DNA from: Lama guanicoe
Taxonomy: Eukaryota
Length of the DNA stretch: 64,000 nt
Assembly: GCA_013239625.1 (NCBI GenBank)
Contig: MU054323.1
Coordinates: 10,509,186 to 10,573,185, forward strand
Reading direction: 5' to 3'
Shown here: in pieces, positions 39,639-51,000 of the stretch
Numbering within the stretch: the first letter of the stretch is position 1
How the letters are laid out: the number at the start of each line of letters is the position of its first letter
Made by a program: the position numbers and the translations under genes
The notes under the pieces: model-generated
What the model was told of the DNA's origin: nothing
What the model saw: only the letters and a program-made list of their open reading frames with translations
Database searches by the model: none

Positions 39639-39741
39639 AAAAAAAGAAAAAGAAGAGGAGGAGGAAGAGGAAGGAAGGGAAGAGGAGAAGAAGAAGAGGA
39701 AGAAGGAAGGAAGGAAAAAGAAGAGAAAAGAAAGAGAAAAA
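39639..39741. repeat. 103-nt pure purine (GAA/GAG/GGAA) tract
   Basis: No pyrimidine on the plus strand between 39639 and 39741. Confidence 0.9.
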
Positions 39742-40259
39742 TCTACGGGCAGGTGTGGGGACCTCACACATTCGAAAATTGTGTATCAGCACCAAAGCAC
39801 CTTTCACTACCCTGAGAGACTTTTCCAGTGTGGCTAATTACAGAGGGTCTGCTGGAGCTGCCCGATGATGGCAAGTTGAACCTGGTTTCCCTTGTTTGAG
39901 CTACAAGCTTGCAGGGAGGAAAGCTGGGTCAGGAAAACAGGCAAAGGCCCAGCCTGAGCCACCCTGCCTGGATCACTCTATGAGCCATCCCTTATCCTGG
40001 CCTGTTGGTGGTACTTATCACAGTTGAAACCTAATCAGTCATTAGGGTTCAAGTGATTTGAGTGGCCACGTCATGCTTGGGGGGTCAGGACATCTTAGAT
40101 TTACACAGGAGTCACTAGTGCATCAAGGAAGCAATAGTAGCAGAATTGACTTGCTGTCTTCCAGTACAAGAAATAAACTGTTCTGCGTGTACCGATTTGG
40201 GTCTATATGGAACTTTGATAATATTTGGGGGCAGGGTATCCCCAAAACACTCACTTGTT

Positions 40260-40870
40260 GTTAAGAAGTTAACCCTTGCAAGAAATCAAGGTGAGAATGT
40301 GGAGAAACAAGTTGTCACATACACTGCTAACAGGAATTTAAACTGGTTGATTTGTGGTGGAAAATTTGGCAAGAACCAGAAAATCTGGCAAAAATTTTAG
40401 CCCTAGCAATTCAAAACTTAAAATTTGTTTAATAGAAATGAGTAAAATTAGGTTCTGTAATATTATATGACATTCATAATAGCAAAAAAAAAAAAAAAGA
40501 GAGAGAGAGAGAAAGAAAGAAAAAAGGAAAGAAAGACCCTAAAAAGGAGAATGGTGAAGTAGTTCACGCACAGTGGGAATAAGATATAAGGTTGGAGGAG
40601 AACAATTAACGACCTGAAAGTTGATCATGATATGTATCTATGCAATAAAAAAGTCACAAAACAGAATTGTATGCAGTATGATCTGTGAACTACGTAATGT
40701 AAATGTATGCGTGGAAAGAAAAAGAGACTTGGTATGCAACCAAATGTTAAATGTGGTCAGCTTTAAGCTATAAAGCTATGAGTTATTTTTCTACATTTTT
40801 AGGCTTTTGTTTAAATTTTCACAATGAATATGTTATTCTAATCAAAATAAATTATAAACTTTTTTTTTAA
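40260..40870 (+). mobile_element. Old L1ME-like 3' fragment with an internal A/GA tract
   Basis: ggtgagaatgtggagaaaca...tcacatacactgct...ttagccctagcaattc...aaattttcacaatgaatatgttattctaatcaaaataaa. Confidence 0.65.
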
Positions 40871-43800
40871 GATGCATAGAACTCTGAGTGGTGCTTTCTG
40901 TAAATGAAGAAGTCCTAGTGAAGAGAGGACTTTAAGCAAGGTCACAAAGATGCTCTGTGACCAAAGGTGACAGAAACTAGACAACGCCATTTGGTTGTCT
41001 CTGCTTTCTGTCTTCTCACACATTTAGGATTCACTAGGTACTCACTACATCACTGCTGACAAATTGATTACTTATGGCTTAGATAATTGATTTCCTATTG
41101 GTACATCATGTGACCAGGGACCTTGCCAAGAGCCAATAGGCAGGCCCTGCTGACATTTTCCATCTCAGTCTGCTCGCTCATAAATGGGCAGGGACCAAGC
41201 TCACATTCTTCTCCACATTCCCAGCACCTGTCTTGAGCCTGGCACACAGTAAGCACTCAGATGTCTCCATGGAATTGACAAAGCTTTTATCTGCTCTCTG
41301 TTTTTGGTAACAGTGACATTTGAAAGACTCTTATCTGAAAAGATGTCTTCAGACAGAAATTTCACAATCACACAATATCATTAATTTATTGCTACACTTA
41401 AAAAAGTTCTGAAAACTTTGCATGCCTCTTCCTCACGGAGAGCCAGCCACTGCACAGACTCCCTGAAACAAGTTACTCGCTGTTCTCTAGGCAAGGCTCA
41501 CCAGGCTTCTGCTTTCCAAGCGAAGTGGAAAGATGAAGCAATTATCTGGGGAGTTCTGGTAAAATGTCAGCTTTCTTCCGAATACCCTCTCTAGTCTAAA
41601 TCTCATTCCATTTCCAAGAAAGCATTTTCCTGATTCATTCTGCTACATTTTCTCAATTCCTAGCTTAGTTTCAGAGAGAAGGCTCAGCCTATTAGTGTTA
41701 AATACTAGACTCAGGGACGTGTGCACCTCGTGCCGTCTCCTGGAGGAGTATTTTACCATGAAAAATGGGCTTTAATAACTGAATGCTGAGAAAGATGACA
41801 CAGAGATGATTTACCCACGTATATATTATGACATATTGAATTGCAGACAGTTTGGGCGAGACTCTGAGTCTTAAATGAAACATCCAATATTTGTACCAGC
41901 ACCCAGCCAGAGAAACCGCAGAAAAATGAAAACACAAAAATACCCGTATGTCACTGGGAGCATCAGGGCCAAAGCCAAGTCTCCCCCAGCCCTCCTCCAA
42001 AATAGCTCTGCCATGGGTTTTTACCTAGCTGAGAAGCACTGAACTGAAAAAGTGGTTAATTAATGAAAAACTTAAAATTCAGCATTGAAATTACCTTTCC
42101 CAGTGACTGACAAAGGCAGTATAAATTATTCTGTTTCTCCCACAGTTGACTGAACAGAGTACCTTTCCTCTTTTGTCAACAGCATAGAGACATTTTCCCC
42201 CCTACGGCCACATTTTGTAGCAGCGTCAAGTGTCAATGCTTAAGTCTAGCCAGGGAAATGAGAAGGGGCAGAGCAAATCAAATTGAGAACTGGTTTCAGT
42301 CAGTAATTCTGAATGTGCGTGTGCTTTTCAGGCAAGTGACTCAAAGGGGAGGGCAGGCCTTTCAAGTTGAGACTCCTAGTGGGCTCTGGGCACAGCAAAG
42401 CCATGGGAACCTGAGTGCCCACTGGTCCCCTTCCCTCCTCCGCTCTACCTGCTCACTGATCCCACAGCCTCTGAAGTGAAGGAAGGAAGAAGAAATGTGG
42501 CCTGGGCCCCTGGTTGGCAGAGATGGTAAGAAGCGGAGAAAGAAAAAACTAGAATTTGGAAGAAAACCCTTCTTTCCTTTCAGGTCCTATTTTCTTGTTT
42601 GTAAAATTGGTGTGTACTTCCAGTGTGTTCTCAGCAGGGCTGGGTGGGAAAAGCAAGTGCTTGGCACTGGACTGGTCATAAGTGATGGCCATCTCATCAG
42701 CCTGACTCACGTGCAGTCTGCAGGAGAGACTGACAGAGCACGACGCTCCAAAATTATGCTAGGTCTCTCCACTTCTTACCCTAGGGGGAAAATGAGTCCT
42801 TCTTTTGAGACTGTAGTCTGGGCCCTCTGTTGCACCCCTCTTTCCACCCAAGGAAGGAGGCTAGACTGGAGGAAGGAGACCAGACACCCAAGGAGGGATG
42901 GAGGGAGGGTTCTAACCACACAGCCCCACTGGCAAGCCTTTTGGACCATTGGCTATTAAGTTGCACCTATATGTGGCTTAGACCACTTGAATTTCATCCA
43001 GTGTGTGAGGCTTCTCATCCTACCTCCTCAAATTCTGCATGTTTCCTCTCATTCACCCTTATGGCATGGGCTTGGAAATCCAACAGCTTGGCTCTGTGTA
43101 ACACAGCAGTGGCAGCAACAGTGATCACCATCCACCGATCCCTTACCACTGAGGTTCTAGGTCCTCACCAAGAGTAAGTCAATTAAGCCCATCTCTATCA
43201 CTTAATAACTGCGTTACTTAGTAAATCACTTAGCCTTACCAAGCCAGAGTTTCTCATCCATCCGATTGGATGAATACTAAAATGTGCCTCATAAAATTTA
43301 GGGGTAATAACAGATGGGAAAGTACCTAGCACAGGATGTCACTCATGCTCAGTAAATATGACTTTCTCTCCCTTTTCTTCCCCTAAATGAGGTCTAGAGA
43401 GAGATGAGGACATGGAGGCAACAAGAAACCTGATAGGGTTCCTTAGCCATTGCTCAGTCAGAGGCACAAAAGCACTCCTGGGGATAGCATGGAATCCTTT
43501 CTCTGCCTGGGCCATATGCTAAGGACTAAGGAGAAAACCTCAGAGGATAAGGAATACCCCAGCCCAAAGGAACCTCCTACCTAACTGGGGAGTAGCCTAC
43601 CACTGCCGAAACAGTTAGAAAATCTCCTTAACGAGAACCTCTGGATAAAGAGTTTATTCCTCATTCCTAAGGGAGGCTACTTAGGATTATTTATTTCTCA
43701 TTAGACTCTCTAGGGCATGCTAAGAGCTGCACAATTAAACTCCTTATATCAAGGAAGCAACTATTAAAACCTAGGATTCTAATGGATTTCCAAAAAGAAA

Positions 43801-45523
43801 GAGAAGATAAGCAACTAAGGTTGATTTTCAAGATATTACAGAGACACTAGACGCAGAAGATGATGTTTAAGGAAAAGAGTTGATATATGCACACGTAGTT
43901 GTCTCTGCATGTGAAACTGGCTTATTTTTTAGGATCTCTTCTCTAAGGGAGTTTGGCGAGTTTGCCCAGGTGGGACTGACAGTACTTAAGAACGTGAACA
44001 ATTTGGGGAGTGCTGTGGAAGAAGAGGGAAGTATTTGGACAGAAATGTCTGTGTTCATGAAAGTGCTCTGGGCTGGAAGGCCCATGAGGCCACGTCATCC
44101 AGCCTTGACCACAAGGTCTCACACATGGAAACAGTCTCGGGGAAGCAGGATCTAAGACTGAGCCCTTGAAGAAACTCCTTCTCAGAACGTGGTGACTCCA
44201 GCGCCAGGGTAAGGATCCTCAGAGCTTATCTCTTTTAGAGTTTTCACTCTCTCCACAGTAAAGCCGGCTGCTCAGGAGTGATTTTACAAGAACAGAGTTT
44301 CCTGGCATAGGGCATCCTTGTGTAGAGAGCAGTTGGCGAACATTTTGGCCAGTGAGGGCTCATCAACAAAGAAAAACTTTAATTTACCTGTTTCTGAGAG
44401 AAAAATACAATACTGTTGTCTCATCAGCCTTTTAAACTAGAAGCAGGAAACATAAAATCTTTTCAAGTGATTGTAACTAATAAAATCTTCTATTTATATT
44501 ATAGATAATTATGGAGCAGAGATGCAGGCAGAGGGGAAGAGGGACAAAGGAGGAGAAAGAAACAGTTGGAGGAAAGAAAAATGGAAACAGAGGCGCATAA
44601 AAGGGGCTCCCAGGCGAGGAGGGAGAGGGGGAGGCAAAGCACCACCTGCTTCCTTTCCCCCTCAGGGTGAAAGATTAAAATGAATACTCTGCAGAGGGAC
44701 CCAAGGAGCACTGTGCTGAGCCACACAGAGCTACACACTCAGAGGCACCCAGAGACCCACAGGGGCTCAGTCATGCACAGGGGTGGTTTATAAACAAGAA
44801 CACCTGCAAACACAAAGAAAACTCAGGTGCAGAACATGCCAGAATGAGAGATAAAAGGCTAAGAACCAATGTGAGGGAAAACATCTCATCCTCACTTTCA
44901 CTGGAGACAACTGGATTTTTCATCCTGAAAAATGCATAGAATCACATCCAGTTTTAAGGAAAAACAGGTCTTTGTTCAGAGTATCATTTCCAAATTGTGC
45001 TATTTTGTTTAGACCATCTCAGCTGATGTCACTTAGAGCTGTCTGGGATTTGTGCAGCCCTAAGTAGAGATGGCATTTTTTTTTTCTTGGAAATTCTCCT
45101 GCGAGGCAGATTTGATGAGAAGTCTTGAGCCCTTGATGGAGAACTCAAGATTGTAGGCCATCCAGAGAGGTAGCTGGTCACCACTCAAATGAAAACTTTC
45201 AGATTTCAGGATTGAACCCAAACTCCTCAGTATATATCTCACAGTGCAGCCCTACTGATGGCTTCTTCATACCACTGGACCTTTGCACAAGCCGTATATG
45301 TCAGCCATGTCCTTCCCTACTTTGTCTGCCAAACAAAGCCATACCCTCCTTCTTACCTAGCCTGAGTACCTGTTATATTCTCATAGTATCTTCTATTTCT
45401 TCTCCAAAGTATCTACCACCAATTTAATAAAATAATAGTTAATGAAAACGAACCCCTTGCAATTGTTGAGTTCTTCCAAGGTAAAGCCCACTCCTGTCTT
45501 TATCTTCAGATCCTATCCAGAGC

Positions 45524-45631
45524 CTCTCAGCTATTTCCTACTGAGAAATATCTCTGATCCACTGGGCTGAATGTATAAATGAAGATGTCTCTCAGCTATT
45601 TCCTGCTGAGAAATATCTCTGATCCACTGGG
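45524..45631. repeat. 43-bp direct repeat pair separated by 22 bp
   Basis: 45524-45566 and 45589-45631 read ctctcagctatttcct(a/g)ctgagaaatatctctgatccactggg, with one mismatch. Confidence 0.95.
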
Positions 45632-45829
45632 ATTCCTCGGCCTTTGGGAGGGGCCTCTCCCCCTGCCTTCCCACTATGCCCAGGGCAGCCCTTCCCCAGC
45701 CCCAGACTTGCAGCACTATAGCTGTCTGTGCATCTCTAGGGGCAAAGGTCCTGCAGTGTCTCTTCAGACAACCAGGCCTCCAAGACAACACTGCTCCCTC
45801 AGGCCCTGGCTTCTGAGCTCTCTCTCTTT

Positions 45830-46135
45830 TTTAAATAAGTTTTTTACTTTTTCTTTTTCTTTTTTTTTTTAATTGAATTATAGTAGATTTTAATATTACA
45901 TTAGTTTCAGGAGTACAGCATAGGAATTCAATATTCTTACAGATTATAGTCCATTAAGAGTTATTACAAGATAATGGCTACAGTTGCCCGTGCTATACAA
46001 TATATCATTGTTGCTTACCAATTTTACACATAGTAGTTTGTAACTTAGTCCCCTCCCTTAATTTTCCCTTCCCCCTTCTCTCTCCCCTTAGGTAACCACT
46101 AGTTTGTTCTCTATGTAGTGAGTCTGTTTCATCAT
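45830..46135 (-). mobile_element. Short L1 3' end with T-tract (A-tail)
   Basis: tttttttttaattgaattatagtagatt...tagtttcaggagtacagca...ggtaaccactagtttgttctctatg. Same family as the 3'UTR at ~61250-61500. Confidence 0.85.
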
Positions 46136-46501
46136 TCTGTCTCTCTGTAGGTCCAAAGAGGTTTTTACTAAGGGGACCAACCTCTGAGTAAGCTTCACAG
46201 AAGATGGAATAATTCCCTGGCTTCCTCTTGTTCTGATAAACAGTTCCCATCCTGCCCTTGTCCCGTCCTTCCGTCCCTCTCCTTATATGTACAACAGGAC
46301 TACGGGCTCCCTGTACTAAAGGTCAAGTCTGACTTCCAGAGCCCCCTTCTCAGCGCCTAATTGCCTCATAAACACTGGATGGCCAATTACCTGTTGCTCG
46401 ATGCAGCTGCATGATATGGTTAAGTTATTTATTTGTTTAGTTTTCACTCACTCAACAATTATTTGCTGCATGCCTACTTCATGCCAGGCACTGATCTAGA
46501 C

Positions 46502-47452
46502 CAGCAATCTATGGCCTGAAGGCTAAATCTAGCCCATTATCCACTTTGTATGGTGCACAGGTAAGAACGTTTTTTATATTTTCAGATGGTTGGGGGTGGG
46601 TAATTTTTCATGACATATAAAAATTACATACTATTCAAATTCCAGTGTCCATAAATAAAGCTTTACTGGAACACAGTGATACCCACTGGTATATGCTCTG
46701 TTTGTGGCTGTTTTTGAGACAGGAAGTGGGCAGGGTACAGCCATTCAAGGAATGCTACAGAAATTAACATCAAAATTGTGAAAGATTCAACCCCCAGTAG
46801 GCCTTAAGGCTCAAGATGATGGGAGATTTATCTTCTAGCAGAACTTGAGCTTCATTATACACCCATTGTAATATATTAACATGGTGAATAACATGCCCAC
46901 AGGCACCATCGCAGTCCCAAGGCTAGCCACAAAAGGTCAAAGAGTGGGAAATGGCCAACTTCCTGGGGATCCCAGCCCCTTCCCCAAGCTACTTAGACTG
47001 GTCCTTCCACTTATTAGCATATGAAGCCACCAAGCCCATAAAAACTGGCAACACGGCACCTCGCAGCCACCTCTCTTTCTCTCTCTGTTCGGAGGTGGCC
47101 CGCACACTTGTCTATGGAATGCGTACCTACTTTTAATCTGAGCACCCAACCCCCACACCTCATGGCCTTTCTCTTGCCTTTCAATGTATCTCTCTGAATA
47201 AATCTACCTTTACTCAACTGTGGCTCATTCCTGAATTCTTTCCTGTGTGAAGCCAAGGACCCACACTTGGCAGGGCACGACCCAGGGGCTCAACTGAAGC
47301 CTGGGACACGGCCCTCCTCACGCCCCACATCCGTTTTCCTGCATCACTTTCATTCTATAATGACAGAGTTGCCTGGTTGCAACAGAGAATATACAGCCCC
47401 CAAACTCTAAACTATTTACTATCTGGCCCTTTACAGAAACAGCCAACTGCTA
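46502..47452 (+). mobile_element. MER58 (MER58B-like) hAT MITE split by a solo LTR
   Basis: ctatggcctgaaggctaaatctagccc...cagtgtccataaataaagctttactggaacacag...tatttactatctggccctttacagaaa. Perfect 8-bp TSD atctagac at 46494-46501 and 47453-47460. Confidence 0.88.
46715..47346 (+). mobile_element. ERV1 solo LTR, MER41-like (632 bp)
   Basis: TG...CA termini (tgagacagg...cctgcatca) and a 4-bp TSD tttt/cttt. TATA-like cataaaaa near 47037 and AATAAA at 47197. Blocks cattatacac...atattaacatgg...cccacaggcaccat and ttagcatat...ccataaaaa resemble the recalled MER41 consensus. Confidence 0.8.
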
Positions 47453-47839
47453 ATCTAGACACAGGGGTAGACCAACAAGCACGACAAAGTCTCAGATCTC
47501 TTGGCTGGACTCAGAGGAAGGAGACAGACCACTGACAAATGAAAAGTGGGAAATGCTATGGAGCAAACTTTAAGAGACTAAGGAGGATAAATTTGATGGG
47601 CATGGGTGGGTGGTAAGAAAAGACCTCACTAGTGAGCTGGCCTTTGAGCAGAGACCTGAGGGACCTATAGGATAGAGACCTGGATGTATGAGGGAGAGAA
47701 TTTCAGGCAGTGGGAACCCCAAGTGTAAAGGCCTCAAGGGAGGAGAGTCCTTGGCCAGAACCTTCCATTTGAAAACATTCTTTGCAGCCGTCACTGATGC
47801 TGGAGCAGAGCTACAAGCTCCACTGTTTCTTATCTCGTA

Positions 47840-48050
47840 CGGAGAGGGAGTGTGGTACAGTGGTCAGAACATGGCTGCAGCATCAGGAGAGCTGGGTTTG
47901 GCTCCCAGCTGTGCTCAGAGGTTTGCTTTTGCCATTCCATCTCCCTGAGCCCTGCCCCCTCCTTACCTGTAAAGAACGACCAAGATACTTCTTCCAGGTC
48001 CACACTCAGAATGCTGAGTGAGATGAATACAAAGGCTCTTTCTACACTGA
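47840..48050 (+). mobile_element. MIR SINE fragment
   Basis: gtgtggtacagtggtcagaacatggct...gagctgggtttggctcccagctgtgc...ctccctgagcc...acctgtaaa. Confidence 0.6.
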
Positions 48051-51000
48051 AACGCACAAGAGGGGGTTAAGTATTATCATAATGGGCTTCTATCCGCCTG
48101 CCTTCGGTGGTGTTTCCTGGTTTTGATTGTAAGCCTCTGTGGGTTGGCTACCATTTATCTTCAATTCTCTGAAACAGCTTTGATTTCACATGTTTGGTTC
48201 CCCTGGCTCTATAAACCGTTGAAATGTCCCAGAAAGTCACATATTTCAGACTCCAAACTACATCTCCTGACTGCTTCTCATATGAAAATGCCCCTTTCCA
48301 GTCCCTTGTTAACGAAGATTTGGTGCGAAAAGCCTGACCTCTGGGTGGGAATAGGGAAAAGTTCCCTAGAATTGCTTTGAGGTTAGTGCTTCCACCGTTT
48401 TGCTGGCAAGAAGGGTGCACCCTGGAGTCCTCTCTCAGCTACTGCTCAGGTAGCCTTCTTATGAGCCTGTGTTTTCAGTTCTGGAAAATGGGCTAAGGCA
48501 CAGACCTACACACCTGCTTTCATAAAAGGACATCCTAAGGACAAAAGTGAGCTGTTGTGATGCCTGGGAGATGCCCGAGAGAAAAGGAGCATGCGTAAAC
48601 CAGGTATTACATTTTTAATACTCATTCTTCGGCGATTTCAGGAATTCAGGGGGGCACAAAAAGCAGCACTCCAGCAGCAAACGCAATTCCATTTCTTACT
48701 GCAATTCTCCTCTGAGAGCCTCTTGAAACCAAACTCCATTTCTGATCATGTGAACTTTGCTGATGAACTTTGATTCACAAAGTGGCCACTCTAGGTGAAA
48801 AATTTTATAGGACTGAATTAAACCAAATTGACTTTGGTTGGTTATAAGAGTGAATGGGGGGAGGGGATCCACAACAGGATACCAGTAATGTAAAAATAAC
48901 TCTTAAGAAAACTGCCAAAATGATAGCTTTTTGCTTCTTATAAGATTTCACTGACACACCTTCTACAGACTTATTTTATAGCTCGCAGTGTTTTAACCAG
49001 GTTTTCATTCTCCTTAGTTCTTATTTAAGTGATGGCTGAGGTGTGAAATCAAACAATAGCCTCCCCACCCACCCTGCACCACCCCCATCTGACCCGGTCT
49101 CCTAAAGAACCCTGAAGCTCTGTGACATTTTAATTTGCTGGAATGAGACAGAGTGTAAGCAGGAAGGATCAGGTCTGTGCATTTATCTTGCTTGGGGGAA
49201 ATTAGTGCTGGTGCTAAAGCACACCCACTGTATACACCAATGAAAAAAATACAATTCAATTTGTGTTGGCAGCTTTAGGAGAGCAGGGCAACCATTTGTT
49301 AAGCGTGGGGTAATTCCGTGCCTGTTTTGCAGAGAAGCAGCGCTGAATCCCCAAGCTGGCAATTTTGCCAGCAGATAAGTGAGTTCCCAGCGCTCTGGAG
49401 CTTCTGGGTAGGAGATTGCTCTTCTACAGTGCTGTGGCCCTGGAGTGATGTTTCTGTTGGGCAAGACTGCCTAGCATCAGGCCCGCCAAACACGCAACCA
49501 GAATGGAGTGCAGAGGGCTTTGCCTCAAGGGTGAGTTGCTGTGCTCCTGAAAGGCAGAGCCAGAAAGCTTCAGAAAGCTAGAGGGTTACAGGGGAAGTGT
49601 TTTTAGTCGAGAACACACTGTGCCCCTTTTCAGCCTCCCCACTCAAGACCGCCTATATGTTCCTGCTGGTCTCACTGCTGAATGAGGAGGAGCTCCAGGC
49701 GAGATTCTGCAGCGACCCAGTTTCTGTTAGATGGTAGGTGCACAGGGGTGTAGCTGATTTGCTGCTCAGAACAGAAGTTCATTTTAGAGACGGTGAAATG
49801 AATGAGAGAGAATTATGCTGCACTGATAAAAAGCAGGGGTTGCTTATCTAGTCCCAAATAATCACGGTGTATTCAGAAATGGCCCCATTTACAAGTGTGC
49901 TTTGCCCCAAACTCACCCGATCTTTAAGCTCTCAGACACAAGGAGCAAACCTCCAATTCCCCTTTTCTGCCTCCCTTGGGCCAGGGCTGCAGGTCCCAGT
50001 CTGGGTAGTGCTCTTCATTTTCCTTCCTCGGCTTCCCTCCTTAACCCCCTGCATGCTCCCCTCAGACTGTAGGCTAGCTTGGCAGCCCCCCTCTCAACTG
50101 CCGAGGTCAATGTGGTGAGGGAGGGGCACGTGGCCTCAGCAGGTACTCTGTCACCGTTTGCCTGGAAATAGATCCAGCCCTTGCTCCCTCCTGGTTCAAA
50201 TCCCTTTTTCTGTCCACCTATGCCCTCTCTGTGAAGCTACCCACTGATTGTAGATGCCCCTGACAGTCCCTTCATGGGACCTTGGAAGGATTCCCCAGCT
50301 ACCTGTCAGCCCCCTCACACTCCTTACAAGCCCAAGACTTGATGCTTTTGCATGAAGTGGCATTGAAGTTCATAAATTATACTCTGGTGTGTCTGGGTTC
50401 AGATACTCAGCCTGCTCTTTATTCTTTTAAAGTCATTTTACCCCTCTGAGCCTCAGTTTCCTCACTGGGAAATAAAGATATCTCCTTCAGATGAGCTTAA
50501 AGCAGATGACTTCTGTAGCAGTCCCCACATACCCTGTGCTGGCACTGAGCCGTCCCTGAATAAACTGAACTTCCTTTCCTGAGGTGTGAAAAAAAGGCAA
50601 GAAGGGATTTGGTGAGCAGTCCAGTGTTATGAGTGTGTCTAACTGTCTAACATAACATAGACAATGCTATATGGTGAGGAGGGATCTGGGCTGAGATGGT
50701 GAAGGATTAGTAATGGCAGAGAGGAGATGAGGGTCCTGCCTGGGGTAGGGGGTGCTGCTGTAGCTCCAGGTGTCACTGCCCAGCACGGGACAATTGTTCT
50801 AGCAGGTACAACCCCCCACCCTACTCCTAGCTCTGGAAATACAGGAGCATGCCTCACAACTTCCTTGTTTCCCAGGTCGCTTAAAACACTGATCTGAGAG
50901 CAAATCATGTGCTTGGGCAATCTATGCCCCAGTTCTTGAATGAATTGGCAGGTGATGAGTCTTTCCCAGCAACCTAAATGGACAGCCTAATCCAATTCTC

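Larger units (their letters stand above)
46430..47770 (-). mobile_element. L2 LINE fragment hosting MER58 and an LTR
   Basis: tcactcactcaacaattatttgctgcatgcctac...tgccaggcactg [insert] acagggg...ctttgagcagagacctgagg...tttcaggcagtgggaac...aagtgtaaaggcc. Confidence 0.75.

Noticed and set aside
39574..39837. Lys/Glu-rich 87-aa ORF
   Set aside because: Translation of the purine-only simple repeat.
45524..45631. CRISPR-like repeat-spacer-repeat with a hairpin
   Set aside because: Only two repeats, a mammalian intron context and no cas genes. A local duplication explains it.
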